A stretch of DNA of 60,000 nt from Botryllus schlosseri. Lineage: Eukaryota. The notes under the pieces were generated by a model. That model saw only the letters and a program-made list of their open reading frames with translations, was not told where the DNA came from and made no database searches. Positions 25,104-37,879 of this stretch are shown here, piece after piece. Each line of letters begins with the position of its first letter. Position 1 is the stretch's first letter. A program made the translations under genes and the position numbers. The stretch spans positions 16,680,001 through 16,740,000 of the forward strand of contig CM119372.1 in the NCBI GenBank assembly GCA_051294905.1, read 5' to 3'.

Positions 25104-28100
25104 TCAAACATACTCCTGTGTAGCATTCGAGCTGTAGAGATGCACCTTCTGTCCTTGGCTGCTTGTCAATTCATGCCTCTCGCCTGATACCGTACATGAT
25201 GCGCAGAAAGCTAACACGCTACCGAGAACGGCCACGGCCCCCGAAGCCCATCCTATGAATATAGCTGTTCCAAACGCGGTACGTTCTGTATCCGGTGATC
25301 TGATTGTGAAGAGTGAAATTTAGTTATTCGTACATTAGAGAAATAGCTATGGTTTTTCTAAAACCAAATCCGTGCGATTGGGGTGTTGTCTACTGCTGCA
25401 TAACTTCTAAATGGGGTAATATCGGTAGCAAGTATAGAAACACATTTTACACTCTGCTCAATATCAATGTAGCAATATTCAGACGCCGAATATACATTGT
25501 CCGGTCTGGCCTAGACCGGTAAGGGGTTAGCGTGTATTCCCTGGTGAGTCCTCGTCGAAATTGTTGGCAAAGCGACGGAAAATATTTATTTTATGGGAGT
25601 ATTTTATCCTTTGATTGCCTCAGTTGATACATATAGCGACGTTTAAAACGCTAATATGTACTTCAGCATTGTTGCATTACGTGGCCCGAGTCGTCGCTAG
25701 GTATCGTTTACATTAATATGGGCCAGGGTTGTAACCAAGTCACATGGTTCCGAGTCACGAGTCAATCATACTTTTGTGGTTTTGACTCGAGTCGAGTCGA
25801 GTCATTTTCAATTCATCACAGACTCGAGTCCGAGTCCAAGTCACAGGTTAAAGGGTCAAGTCCGAGTCATTGTGTTATGACTCGAGTCGAGTCCAAGTTA
25901 CAGTATTGAAGTCATGTTCAACTCATGTTTTCAATCCTGCTTGGGTGATATCGAATTCCCTGTTTGCGAAACATGCTCATTCTGTCCCTATCAGAGTCTT
26001 GGCACGTGTTTATTTAGGCAGATAACGGACAGGTCCTGGCCTCATTTACTGATGCTAAAGATAACTTTACTAATCTTGGAACTGATAATCAAATATCTCT
26101 CTTGTCAGTCTGATACATCACCAATACAAGCATTCAGATTTTATTATGAACACGTCGACGATAGCTCACGAATAGCTGATAGAGAACCAACGAATTCACG
26201 TCTACGTACTATCTGATAGAGAACCAACAAATTCACGTCAAGATACTAGTTGATAGAGAATCAATGGATGCATGTTTATGTAGAGGTATTTAGAACAGGC
26301 CAGCATGCTGTAAAAGCGTGCATGCAACTATGTGCATTGTGCAGTGACAACAGAACAGATACCTTTTGATTATACTAAAGGTTTTCCCAATTGCATTACA
26401 GACTACATCGCAGTTACAGCATTGGAGAAATAATTGTACAATGGGGCTGTTCAAAAACATTTTTTCAAATTTTCCGGCTACTTCTTAAAATTGCTAGATT
26501 GCCTAAAAAATCAAATTTGGCTCAATTCCAACCAGTAGAAAGCAATGTTATGAAAGAAAATTTTAGACTAATTACAAATAGAGATTTTCGAATTTTACCG
26601 GCTATCTCATGATATTGTTACATTGTGTAAAAATATGATTCATAGCAAATTCGACTCAATTCCAACTAGAAAAAGTGAAGTTATTAGAGTAGAATGTTTT
26701 GGATATGAAAAAACAGTCGGCTTACTACTATGTAATTATATTATATGAAAGAATTTCTCACTAAAATACTCCATTTATATTCAAATCCAAAATATTCTCC
26801 TCTCACATCATTGATTCCACTTTTTTCAAATTAAGCCAGATTCAGTGTTCCTTTTATGCAACATAACAAATTTATCAAGTAACCACCCAGTAAAATAAAA
26901 AAAGAAGTTATTTTAGAACAGCCATATTGTACAAACATCACACAACATTAGCCATTCATTATTACTCACGTGCACAATGCACATACCTAACAAAACGTCA
27001 AATGGACGAGGGGCATTGTGTGTTTTCACAGACAGCAGATCAAATCAATGAGTTACACCTCAAAAATACTAATGTTGAAAGGAGATCCTCAAATATGTTA
27101 AAGCGGCATGGCCGTAGAATGAATCCACATCTACTGAATACACGTTCCACTAGTGCACTAGATGCAGGAATTGACAAGCATTTTTGAACCACACTGAAGA
27201 GCATTGAATACTCATTCTTTCAAGTCGCCCAAAATGCAAAGAATCATCGCCTTCAAATATACACATGAGCTTATCAGTCTCTTCACCATCTGAGTCATTT
27301 CATTGGCTCTAATTGAACTTTGATTCAATTGTTTGCTTGTATAATTGAAAAGTCTTGAGTACTTTAATTGCGGAGGATCTATTACCTCTTCATCACTGGA
27401 CGATTTTGTACAATGCATTGCTACTATGTATCATTTTCTGTTGTTTTTACGGCGGCATATCTGATATCAGACAAGTGCAACGAAAGCAGTGGTGACAAAT
27501 AGCGATGTCGGCAGAATTCGTCGAATGCGTTGATCTAGCCATTATGATTCGCAAATTTCTTCATCTTCAAGTCATATAAAATAAGCCGAGTCAATGACTT
27601 GGGTCGAGTCATGCGTAATGACTCGAGTACAAGTCGAGTCAATCCAAATATTGACTCGAGTCGAGTCGAGTCATTTTCCCATTTCAAGAAAATGACTCGA
27701 GTCAAGTCGAGTCATAAAAAAATCGTGACTCGAGTCTGACTCGAGTCGAGTCATGACTCGAGTCATTACAACCCTGATATGGGCTACCACTTAATTGAAA
27801 GACAAGGTTGGAATTAGCAATATGACGTCACGTGACGTCATGAGGTTCACGTTCGCGTTCACACAGAACCTTTCAAAAAGGTTCGCGTTCACACGAACCT
27901 GAACCTTTCAGAGGTCCACACCATCCCTAATAATTAGACAACCTTGAAAAAAACATCTTTTTTAAAAAAAGGCATTTGTTTAAAGTGTTTTAAAACACCG
28001 TTTGTTATAAATGCAACCCTAGATGTGACCAAAATAATGATAAAAAATTAATGAGAAAAGCAACCATGTTGTATAAACATGCAATTTGTGCTGTGCAATG

Positions 28101-31100
28101 AAATGCGAAAGTTGATCTTGGAAATTATGTAACATATATTATCAGATCAAGTCTAGGCGTTGTTTACTTGATTTTTATGGTCGGACAATATCCGCAAATA
28201 CCTCCAATTGAGGTATATACATTACAGATATACACCGATTGTCGGCCTGCTGCCACATGTAAGATCGTTATTATGCCAAAAGATGATATTTGTACCTATA
28301 AAATTGCTACCCTATCAATAACACTATTGCTGACATTCAATGCCAACCAAAAGCATCTGGGAAGCAGTGATTATGCAATGCTCACATGTACATGGTGTCG
28401 TAGTAGCTCCGCATTATGGTCGATGCATACCACGATACTCCAACAATGATGCAAATGCCGGCTAGGATTCCGGACAAGCCACCTATCATGCGCATACGGT
28501 TCTGAAAGTATTGCAAGGACGTATAGTAAGTTACGGCTGTAAAATATATCTTGTGTCAATTGAAGCGAATTTAGAGATCTCATAATATACATATAGTCAG
28601 ATGTTGCACGATCTGAGGTGGTCAGTAACGAAGTACTCCTACCCTTTTCGGAGTAATCGAGTATAGGTTTTGACTACATGCACTACTACACAAGTGATAA
28701 TCTTTTTAGACTACTTCCACTTTTACTTAACAGTTATTTTGGAAAAATACTTCTCACTTCGGATTTTACAAAGAAGAAAGTAGTTTTGGGCTATGTTTAC
28801 AATGCCTCCATGATTAAAACTGTCATAACTACTCAGCAAAATCCCCCCACCCTGTATCACAGTAGCTGAAGTTTCATTTCTAAAATCACACCGATGTGTA
28901 GTGTCCTTAAGCATTTTACATGATTTCCGAGAGGCGAAACATACCCCATATATGATGTTCGAGTGGCAATAAAGTCCGAACATGCCCCAGACATGGTGTC
29001 CGGGTGGCAACACAGTCCGAGTCTACCCTATACATAATGATGTCATGCCGATGGAATCCATGTTCACTGTTCAGTTTACGAAGAGACCAGCAAGCAGTAG
29101 CTGCATCTAGTTACTCAACCGTGAGTCACGTGCTGCGCATCTACCCGTACATTTGCTGTCTATTCTGCGATTTCGAAAGTCTACTTATTTTTTATTGCAT
29201 CACTTAAGTTGATTACTTTGGAGAGTTTGATTTATACTTCCACATGGAGTAGTTTTGAGATGTCTTGGAAATCGTTACTGCTGCTTTCACCTGGACGATG
29301 ACTACCTTAATCACTTATGTCAATAATATGATGTACGACAGGGTTCGACTAAAACGTTTCCCCCGATTATGTTCAAATGCGGTGAGCTAGTAAGCAAACA
29401 ATCTTACCCGTATCGCCACGTCTGCGCTTGAACATGGCACAGAAGAAATACACGATATCGTAAGGATTGTTCCGAAGGCTTGGAATACAAGTGCTGATAT
29501 CGTGAAGGCTCTAGCTGCGAAAAGAAAACACATGAATGATAAAAAGTAAATGCAACATAGGCTCAATATTACGCAAGTGTAAAATTAAATGTAAATGCAT
29601 ATAAGGATCTACCATATTTTAGTTATTTCTCCGTATCGTTTATAGTCTCAAGTAGCGGCCGTGGGAGGGAGTAATATCGTGACATTTTCCGAAAAGACGT
29701 ACAGGCTAATGAAAGTTAAGAACCACTTTTCTACAGCGAAAATATCCCTCGCATCACATGGTGTGGTTTAATTAATTAATTAAATAATAAAATGTATACC
29801 CCCTGTGATATATAGTATAGGGATGGTGTGAACCTCCGAAACGTGTGACCGCGAACCTTTTCGAAAGGTTCTGTATGAACGCGAACGTGAACCTCATGAC
29901 GTCACGTGCCGTCATATAGTCAAGTCCAACCCGACATTTCAGTGAAGTGGTAGCCTATATTAATGTACACGATACATAGCGACGACATACCACAATGCTG
30001 CAGTACATATTGACGTTGTAAACGTCGCCAAATGTATCAACTGGGGCGATCAAATAATATAATAATCCCATAAAATCGATATCTTCCGTGGCTTTGCCAA
30101 GAATTTCGACGAGGACTTACGAGGGAATATAAGCTTACGCCTTAGCGGTCTAGGCCAGACCGGACAATGTATTCTACGTTGATATTGAGCAGAGTGTAAA
30201 ACGGGTTTCCTTCTGTACTTGCTATACCGACAGTACCCCCATTAACAAGTTATACAGCAGTAGCCAACACCCCAATCGCACGGGTATGGTTTTTATGATA
30301 CAATAAACATATGAAGTCAAGATTAACTCCGTTCACCTGATAGATTTTTTACATCAGACAACGATATCAATTTCCTTGATTGGTTGAATAAGCACCATTT
30401 GCTGACTACACGTCGTGTATTTCGCTCTTGATGTTGTGTGATTGCGGGTCAAGCTCACAGCAGAGAGTCACTAAATATTCACAAACGGAGAACCGGATAT
30501 TTCGAGCAATCGTTTGTAACAAAGAAAGCAAGTAATTTTTTTCAGATTGTCAAGGTGCATGCTCGTTTAGTGTTGATTTTTTATGCTGCCAGCGCCATAC
30601 ATAGAGTGGCCCGCAGCTTTAATGCAATAAATTTCAACCAAAAGATGTTATAATAAAGTGAAAATTGTAATATATGAAAAAGGTTCACAGTGCAGAACCT
30701 ACCAAGGTTCGTTTGTGAACGTGAACCTCTAAATTTCCGAGGTTCACACACAGAACGCGAACGTGAACCCCACGTTCACACCATCCCTAATATATAGTAG
30801 CGCGAACCGACCTCTCTGCACCGTCCGCTTATTTTAGTTTACGACAGCCATGGAGAGTGTATCTACCACTGATGTTCACAACTATACTTGCTTACTTCAG
30901 CAGTTTTCAAAGCGAGCAAATTCTACTTCTAGTTGAAGTCGTTTCGGGTTACTTAGATAACCATTACTCTACTCGTACTTCAGTAGCTTTCTTGAATCAC
31001 GGGTGATTCCCAAATGCTTTAATAGAACACCCTTTTTGTTATTCTTACACCTCACTGGCAGAGATTATTATTGTGTTCATGATGGGATGCGTTGCGGCGG

Positions 31101-31645
31101 AAACAATGTTCGCATTCATTCCAACTTTGATCCAGTATTTTCCCTTCACCAATGTAACTATATTACCTACGAGTCGGACAATTGACCGTATACCTGCTTG
31201 CAAATGAAGCGGTAATCCCAGAAAAAAACTATCAAACGTCGCGCAAGTTTCGGTCCCACTGTCCGCATTGCTTGAGCACTCTTCCCATAGACCACTGCTC
31301 TAAAACAAGGCCGGCGTAAATGCTCAAGTTGCCACCAAAATTATATCATATCCTATATACGTCACAGTATTCTTACACTTACACTTACACAACTCGCAAT
31401 AAAAGGGTTTTCGAGAAAATCATCGCTACTGTACAGTGTACAACTAGAGTGTATACGTGCATAGCTCATTGTCAAGTGTCATCCTCACCATTTCCGCCCT
31501 CACAGACACTCACCATGGTATTGGCTTGCGTAAACACTGTTCCTGTATCTGATTGACTCCATTGGTTGCTTTCGTAAGTAGTGACCATTAGAATTAGTGC
31601 AGCGGCGAATAAAGAAGAGCTTCCTACTTCCAGAACAACAGACAT
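25104..31645 (-). CDS. Claudin-family tight-junction protein B (5 exons, ~218 aa)
   Basis: Minus-strand exons 31645-31514, 31299-31194, 29514-29408, 28501-28386, 25299-25104 splice in frame: MSVVLEV...NQWS...SSGLWEEC...ETC...ARAFTIS...NRMRMIGG...SWYAS...FGTAIFIGWAS...TQEYV*. Confidence 0.92.
25724..27776 (-). mobile_element. Non-autonomous hAT DNA transposon (family C), ~2.05 kb
   Basis: TIR cagggttgtaa/ttacaaccctg; perfect TSD ATATGGGC; GACTCGAGTC arrays at both ends; internal transposase remnant. Confidence 0.92.
27045..27418 (-). pseudogene. hAT transposase C-terminal dimerisation-domain remnant
   Basis: Minus strand translates KCLSIPASSALVERVFSRCGFILRPCRFNIFEDLLSTLVFLRCN, the hAT S(I/V)PA(T/S)S..ER.FS motif; the upstream part is frameshifted. 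Confidence 0.85.
29818..30789 (+). mobile_element. MITE family A in claudin B intron 2
   Basis: TIR tagggatggtgtgaac/gttcacaccatcccta; TSD-like ATATAGTA flanks. Confidence 0.9.
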
Positions 31646-34600
31646 TGCAAGGAAGTGTCGACACTATACACCTATACTCACACAGAACTTCGACGACTAT
31701 GGACGCTGGATAAAATAAAGCAAGGATTTAACGACTATCTTCTCACGTATAAAAGTGATTTTCTGTTATGGCACAGCCATCATCAATCACGATGACCACA
31801 CGAATTTTTTCATTGTGGATTTTATGTCAGCATTAATGCACGATCACCAATATAAATTGCATAGCCGTTCCATTTTACTGTTAACAGAGCAAGGTGAACT
31901 GATTTAGCATGCAGCCCTGTATGCAATTTTACAACACTGCCTTCATCACAATAAATTACATCTCAGCGAATGCGGGTTTACGGCATAATTTTTACGGCTG
32001 ATTTGTGACCCAGATGGCGGCGACGCCTATCACGCATTTGTTCAAAGGCCAACTTCTTCGTTTTGCTTCATTACGAGTGGATGAATTCAGCGCATGCATA
32101 AGACGATATCAGTAATGCGCCCCTGCGCATTAAAGGATTACATTCGCAAATGTCGTACGGTATTTCGCGAGATACATCTGCTGTATCAATATGCGTACTG
32201 GATGAATGCAATAAGCAACTGGTCAAGAACAATTTCTTTCGGCTCACAGTCATTTGTGATGCTATAGTTTCAGGATAAGGCGGAATTTCATGAGCTCTTT
32301 AGATGCGACGGAATTATCAGCATTAGTTTTTCACCTAATTCAATTCGTTAAGGGGAGCTGGCAATTCCTTATGTAATTACCTTAAACAACCAAACAACAC
32401 TTATATTTCCATTGATGCAATCGCCTCTTGAAACAGCTCATCGAAATTGACACGGGCATCGTGACTAATATCATACGACAGTATACCATGCTTCGTGTGC
32501 ATGCGAATTATTTATTTACTTTATGCCAATCCATATCATATAAGAGCAGGTGACCATGACCAATGACCATTGACGACACACATACCATTCATATTCACTT
32601 CGACCAGATGATCTATTCCATCTATATCAATCAGTTCAATACCTATATTCAAAAACTCCATGGTAATTATAATGACAATAAAGATGTAGAAGACAGTCAC
32701 TCCCCATCAGGTCACATATTAACAATTCTTGTGATACAAAGCGTATGTAACCTACAGAATCTCACGCGAAGGCTTAATGAAGGCTTAATAGCGTGCTGAA
32801 AAAACCTGCATTCAACCTAGAAAACGTTTGCTCCACTGAGACAAATATCTATAGTCCACTTAGTTATCCCATTAGGACTATAGTTGGTTCTGTTTCGCTG
32901 CTAATAAAAATTCAATGACCTCAATTACATCCAACAATCAATCAGTCCAGCCATGGCGGGAGGTCGATTACTTCATTTAAACTTGCGCAGCGGACTCGTA
33001 AACACAGCCCAGAGAGTGAGATGACGTCGATTTTGTTGCTACGGTTCTTGTTGCGATTGCTCCAATAGTTGGCTGCAATGAGGTTAATGAACGGAAACTG
33101 AGCTTTTGATAAAGCCCAGGAGTCGGCAACTTTGGAGCGGCATGTTCTTTTCTTCTCTGCCTATGTTTCTGTATAGTTTTGTCTCTCCGTTTTCTATACT
33201 CCTTTGCGATACACGGACCACCTTGAATATCAAACTTCGAGTAAAGATGCTTTTACCGCGATTCTATGCATATTTCTCTACAATTAACATTTTAACGAAC
33301 ACAATTCTATAAACAGGCCTTGAAGGAGTCTTCGGAATAGTCGACATATCCGATTGAACGTGACACAAACTGCCTATTCCGCTCATGACATTAATCGTTT
33401 TTCGTTTTAGTGACACAGTCAGTAAAGTACACTGTGTTATTTCTTTGTTGTCTGTGGCCTTTTCGCCTTTGTTGCTTGAGTCAAGCTAGTGCGGTGCAGA
33501 TATCATCCAGCAGCGGTCCCCCATTCCACCAATTCTCGTTCGCGGAATATACATCCGAACTGTTTTATGCGAGCTTGGAGCGCTAATCATAGCTTTCCAT
33601 GCCTATTGAATGCGTGGAAAATACGTAGCGGGGCTAGCAGCAACGATAAGTAATTTGTATCTGGCGAGTTTTGAATCCAATCATTTACTTCTAACGCGCA
33701 GTTATTGCAACCCTGATTTCATATTCCCCGACTTATTCTTGTTATTACCATCGTAGATAAGACTGTCAACGCGTGAGAAAAAATAATATTCTCGTTAGGC
33801 TTGTCATTTTCCTGGCATCATTTCAGATAAGGACAGCAGTCAGCGGAATAGCCTACTTATGCACAATATTTTATGCCCGTCCTGCATTAAGAATCACTTC
33901 ACCTGCCTTCTTTATTCAGACATTTCGCTCATATGCACTAAGTATGAGAGACTCCGACATATGCTTATTTCGGCGCTAAGCTGACTTATTGACCATTGGT
34001 TGCAGATATGCAACGGTGTAATCGGGGCCTACGCCAAGTTATCGTAGGCACGGTTGCAAGTATTAGGGAAATGTTCGACGAAGGCACAGAGTTGTGATCC
34101 ACGTACCTGTTTGCTACTAAGAATATTTTGCAGGCCGCATGATTTTGACAAAAATTATATGACCTTTTAATAAAGATATCGAACTGAAAATATCAAGCAA
34201 AGTTGACCTGTGGCGATTTGAGGTTCGGCCCATCGACGAGACCGTTGCGCCACTATGTAGAAATGCCGTACGATCATAAAAGCATAGATGTAACAAACTA
34301 TATGCATGTCAACGGCATAGTATAAGATCCGAAGGTCGATATCCCGGTACAGCGTCTTGGTATTTCTTGGTACATAAGTAAGTTAAGTTGTTCGCAACCA
34401 TTGACATTCTGCGGGCCCCTAGAGGTATAGTTAGTCACGTCTTGTGTCTCCTCACCGTGGCATCAATCCCCTTGTATAGCACATGTATCCATACGATAAC
34501 TCCTGCCGCTTCTAAAGTGCCCTATCATGTTAAGTTCAATCAAAGTGCCCTACAATGTTGTGGACACAAGCTAATCTCACAGCTCACTGCGATTGATCTA

Positions 34601-34980
34601 CGTCACACTTTCCAATCGGCCGAAGGCAATTTTACGGTAATTTTTGACCGGCTTGCCGGCTTGCGGCGAACCCCTATCAAATTGGTATCAATCGCCAGAT
34701 ACCTCGGTACTGATTGCGAGCCGTTACATCTCGCTGTGCCCACACCATTTAGGACACTATATGGTGATACGAAGTAGACAAGATCATGTATCAGCGTCAG
34801 CTAGGCGCAACCCTTTGTATCCCTTCACTGCAGCCCTGTTATTGTTTTTAATCAATTCTTTTTTCATTATTTCTGGCATTTATTATACAAAGTAAACCGA
34901 CCGAGTGATTGTAAGAATCTGTATATCTCTATCAACTGTTTATTTGGGATCTTGGTTGGTGCTAAATACTCCGTGTAACA

Positions 34981-36164
34981 CAGGGGTCTCCAACACGCGG
35001 CCCGCGGGCCGCATGCGGCCCGCGAGGTCCTATTTTGCGGCCCGCGACCTGATTTGAAAAAAATTCAGAAAAACGCTTAGTAAATCATGTTGAAACGCTA
35101 GAATTGATTTCAGTTGAAACATAATGTTGTTGTTTTTCAAAGTGAGCCATTCTATGTGCCCACTATCACTATTACTCACTAGTTGATACGGCTTCGGCAT
35201 GGTAATATCATTCCATGGATGAAGAATTTGCTGGTACGAATGGGCATATTGCCTTGACGTGCAATGGCCCACCACTGCCAAGACCGAGACGCCTGCAAAA
35301 CGACTTCGGGCGCTCCAAAAGACAATGCTTTACGAGGAGATAGTTGTCTAGCAAGTAGGCCTACCGTGTATAGCTAACCCCAATATTAATTCTTCAATCC
35401 ATGGGTGGCCAATCTGCAGCAGTAGAAGGAAAATTATGCGGCTGTCGACACTTGTAATAGCAACCCTAAGTTTTCGCAGATACCCCCTGCATCAGCTGTA
35501 TCTGGGAATCTGATCACATTGGCCGAGAAAGGATAAATATTTTATAGTAATATGTGAAACTATACTAATATTTATTGACGAAATTCACTCATGAACATGA
35601 AAAATTTTTCGCGCATCGCGCGACCACAGATTGGTTCTCTGTGGCTATTTACAACGTAACTACTAACGATTTGGTGCGCATAGTAAGCCGATATGTGCAT
35701 ATAGATTAGTTCGGAGTGTACCGGCAATGGACATGGACATGATAACGTGGGTATTTGGCCCCAGCTAGTTTATCACGACTAACCACCGGTATGCGGCCGC
35801 AGGCTACATGAGTACGCGAAATGCGGCCGTGAATTACAAAAATGTTGGCCACCCCTGTTTTAGCGGCTCAAGAGTGTTGTCATTGTCAGGTATCGTGTAC
35901 AGCTCATAGTCCAAAATATAATGACATTGATGATCATGATACCTTTTGTTGTATTTGTGTTTGTTCAATAAAATATTAGTTCTTTTGTGGTGACTATAAC
36001 CGTCGCCTATGTTAGAAAGCACAGCGTTGTAATAACGTAGAGTTATCAGACGTGGTTGTTGAACTGCGTTGCCTACTTTTATATCGATATTGATGTCATG
36101 CGGCCCGCGGCCTCCAGGAATTTGGAAAAGTGGCCCGCGACCTATTTTGAGTTGGCGACCCCTG
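34981..36164. mobile_element. Charlie/Buster-like hAT MITE
   Basis: TIR caggggtctccaac/gttggcgacccctg; perfect TSD GTGTAACA; internal extra terminus gttggccacccctg at ~35843-35856. Confidence 0.88.
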
Positions 36165-37879
36165 GTGTAACAGAAGGTATGGAGTGATAATCCTTCTTAT
36201 TCCATTCCCTGTAAATAGCCAACTTTTGCATGTTATACCGGATAAAGTATTAAGTAAAAATCCGATTGGTGCATTCGATGCTTGCTGAATCCAGCATTAC
36301 TTTTTTCGAAGGTTTATCCCATGCCTTCTCTTCAAGATCACGCGGCGAGTGCTATATTATATATGTTCTGAACGCCTAATTAAGTGGTATTGTGAAGTAT
36401 ACCATACCATCAATGAGATTGTAGGATTAACTTGATTAGACATGCTAGAATAGTTTGTGCTATGTGCCGACTGGAGAGACCAAGCATAGTTTGCGCCGAT
36501 TACCCTATATTTATTGTGGCTGTATTAATAAAATCACGATTTGGGAACGACAAACGCTGTGAGTATTCGGATCCCATGCATCTGGGCGTCGTTTGAAATG
36601 ATTCCGGAAAATATACTTGTCTTGATTTGGCGACTGTGCAAGTTTTCGAGTCAGCTGCGTTGGGATCGATTTCAAGGATTCAGCGGTCTTGGGAAATTTT
36701 CGGCAAATAGTCTAGGAAAAGAGACTAGGAAATGGGTGGGACCCCATTTGTATTGCGCTCACCAAAATGGAGTAGTAATTTAAAATGTTATGAAGAAGAA
36801 GTGTAATCAACCACACCGAATCCAAGACTGTTGTAATAAATCATGTTTCACAGAACTGTGAAGAGTTTATCTAACTGCTGCTATGGTTCTTGGGTCGTGA
36901 GACGCTTATAAAACGCAGAGTTGTAGGTTCACTATTCATGGCGTTTCGACTATCACTATACTAGCGTCATTTACACCATTTATTCCATATTTTTGTTCCT
37001 GATCTGCAGACTTATAGCACGACCCACCCCCCTTCTAGGCATTTGTAAACCACCGCTTACGCAGTCACGTGACGCGTCTCTAACACGTAGGTGGGAATTC
37101 TGGCGTCGATCTCGGTCGAACTAGCCACGCATTGGTGTCGCATCTGTAGAGCGACCCTATCTCACCCAGGGATATCTAATATCTTTTAGATATCCCTGAT
37201 CTCACCAGAGGAGTGTACCAATCTAAATAGTTTGAGAACCTTTACTATACGCCATTCTGCTCTCTCTCTCTCTTTGTCTATGTGAGTCTGTCCTGTTCAC
37301 TTTCACTTTCTATAGTCCTGTATATCAGTATTCCGTTCCTTAGTGTGTTGAAGATATTGGCTTAAACCTGCTTTTTCATGTTGACGTATTGATTTTTAAC
37401 GGAAGTAAGGAGGCACTCTACACTTGTAACAAACTCGCGTATAACTACCTTAGACACACTCTTCATTGTAATGGCCAACATCAGTACATGCGGCCAGAAA
37501 CGAAAACAGGATGAGAAATGGTAAGATGCAGATGTATTTGAGGTACCAGAAATTGTTGTTCTTATACTTTACGCGGAATTATCTTATTATAAATTGAGTG
37601 GCAATATTATACGCACCGACATCAATATAGGGCTAGTGCTAACGAGAATTCCTAATCAGTTGACTGTTTACCCTCCGTATGAAGTTTTTGTACGTGTCTA
37701 TATATATATGGAAAAGCATATGCAACATTCAATACAGCTTATGCATAAATATTCGATAAAATGATCGCACGATGTAATGCATATCATGTGAATATGTTGT
37801 ATATGTAGCCTATATACCAACAATTAAACCCATGCGCTATCTTGAAGAGCATGATTATGATTCCAAAACGATTCGCAAT

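Larger units (their letters stand above)
25330..27929 (-). mobile_element. Truncated MITE family A, interrupted by the 25724-27776 element (claudin B intron 4)
   Basis: 25330-25723 and 27777-27929 are contiguous family A sequence ending ...gtccacaccatcccta. Confidence 0.8.
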
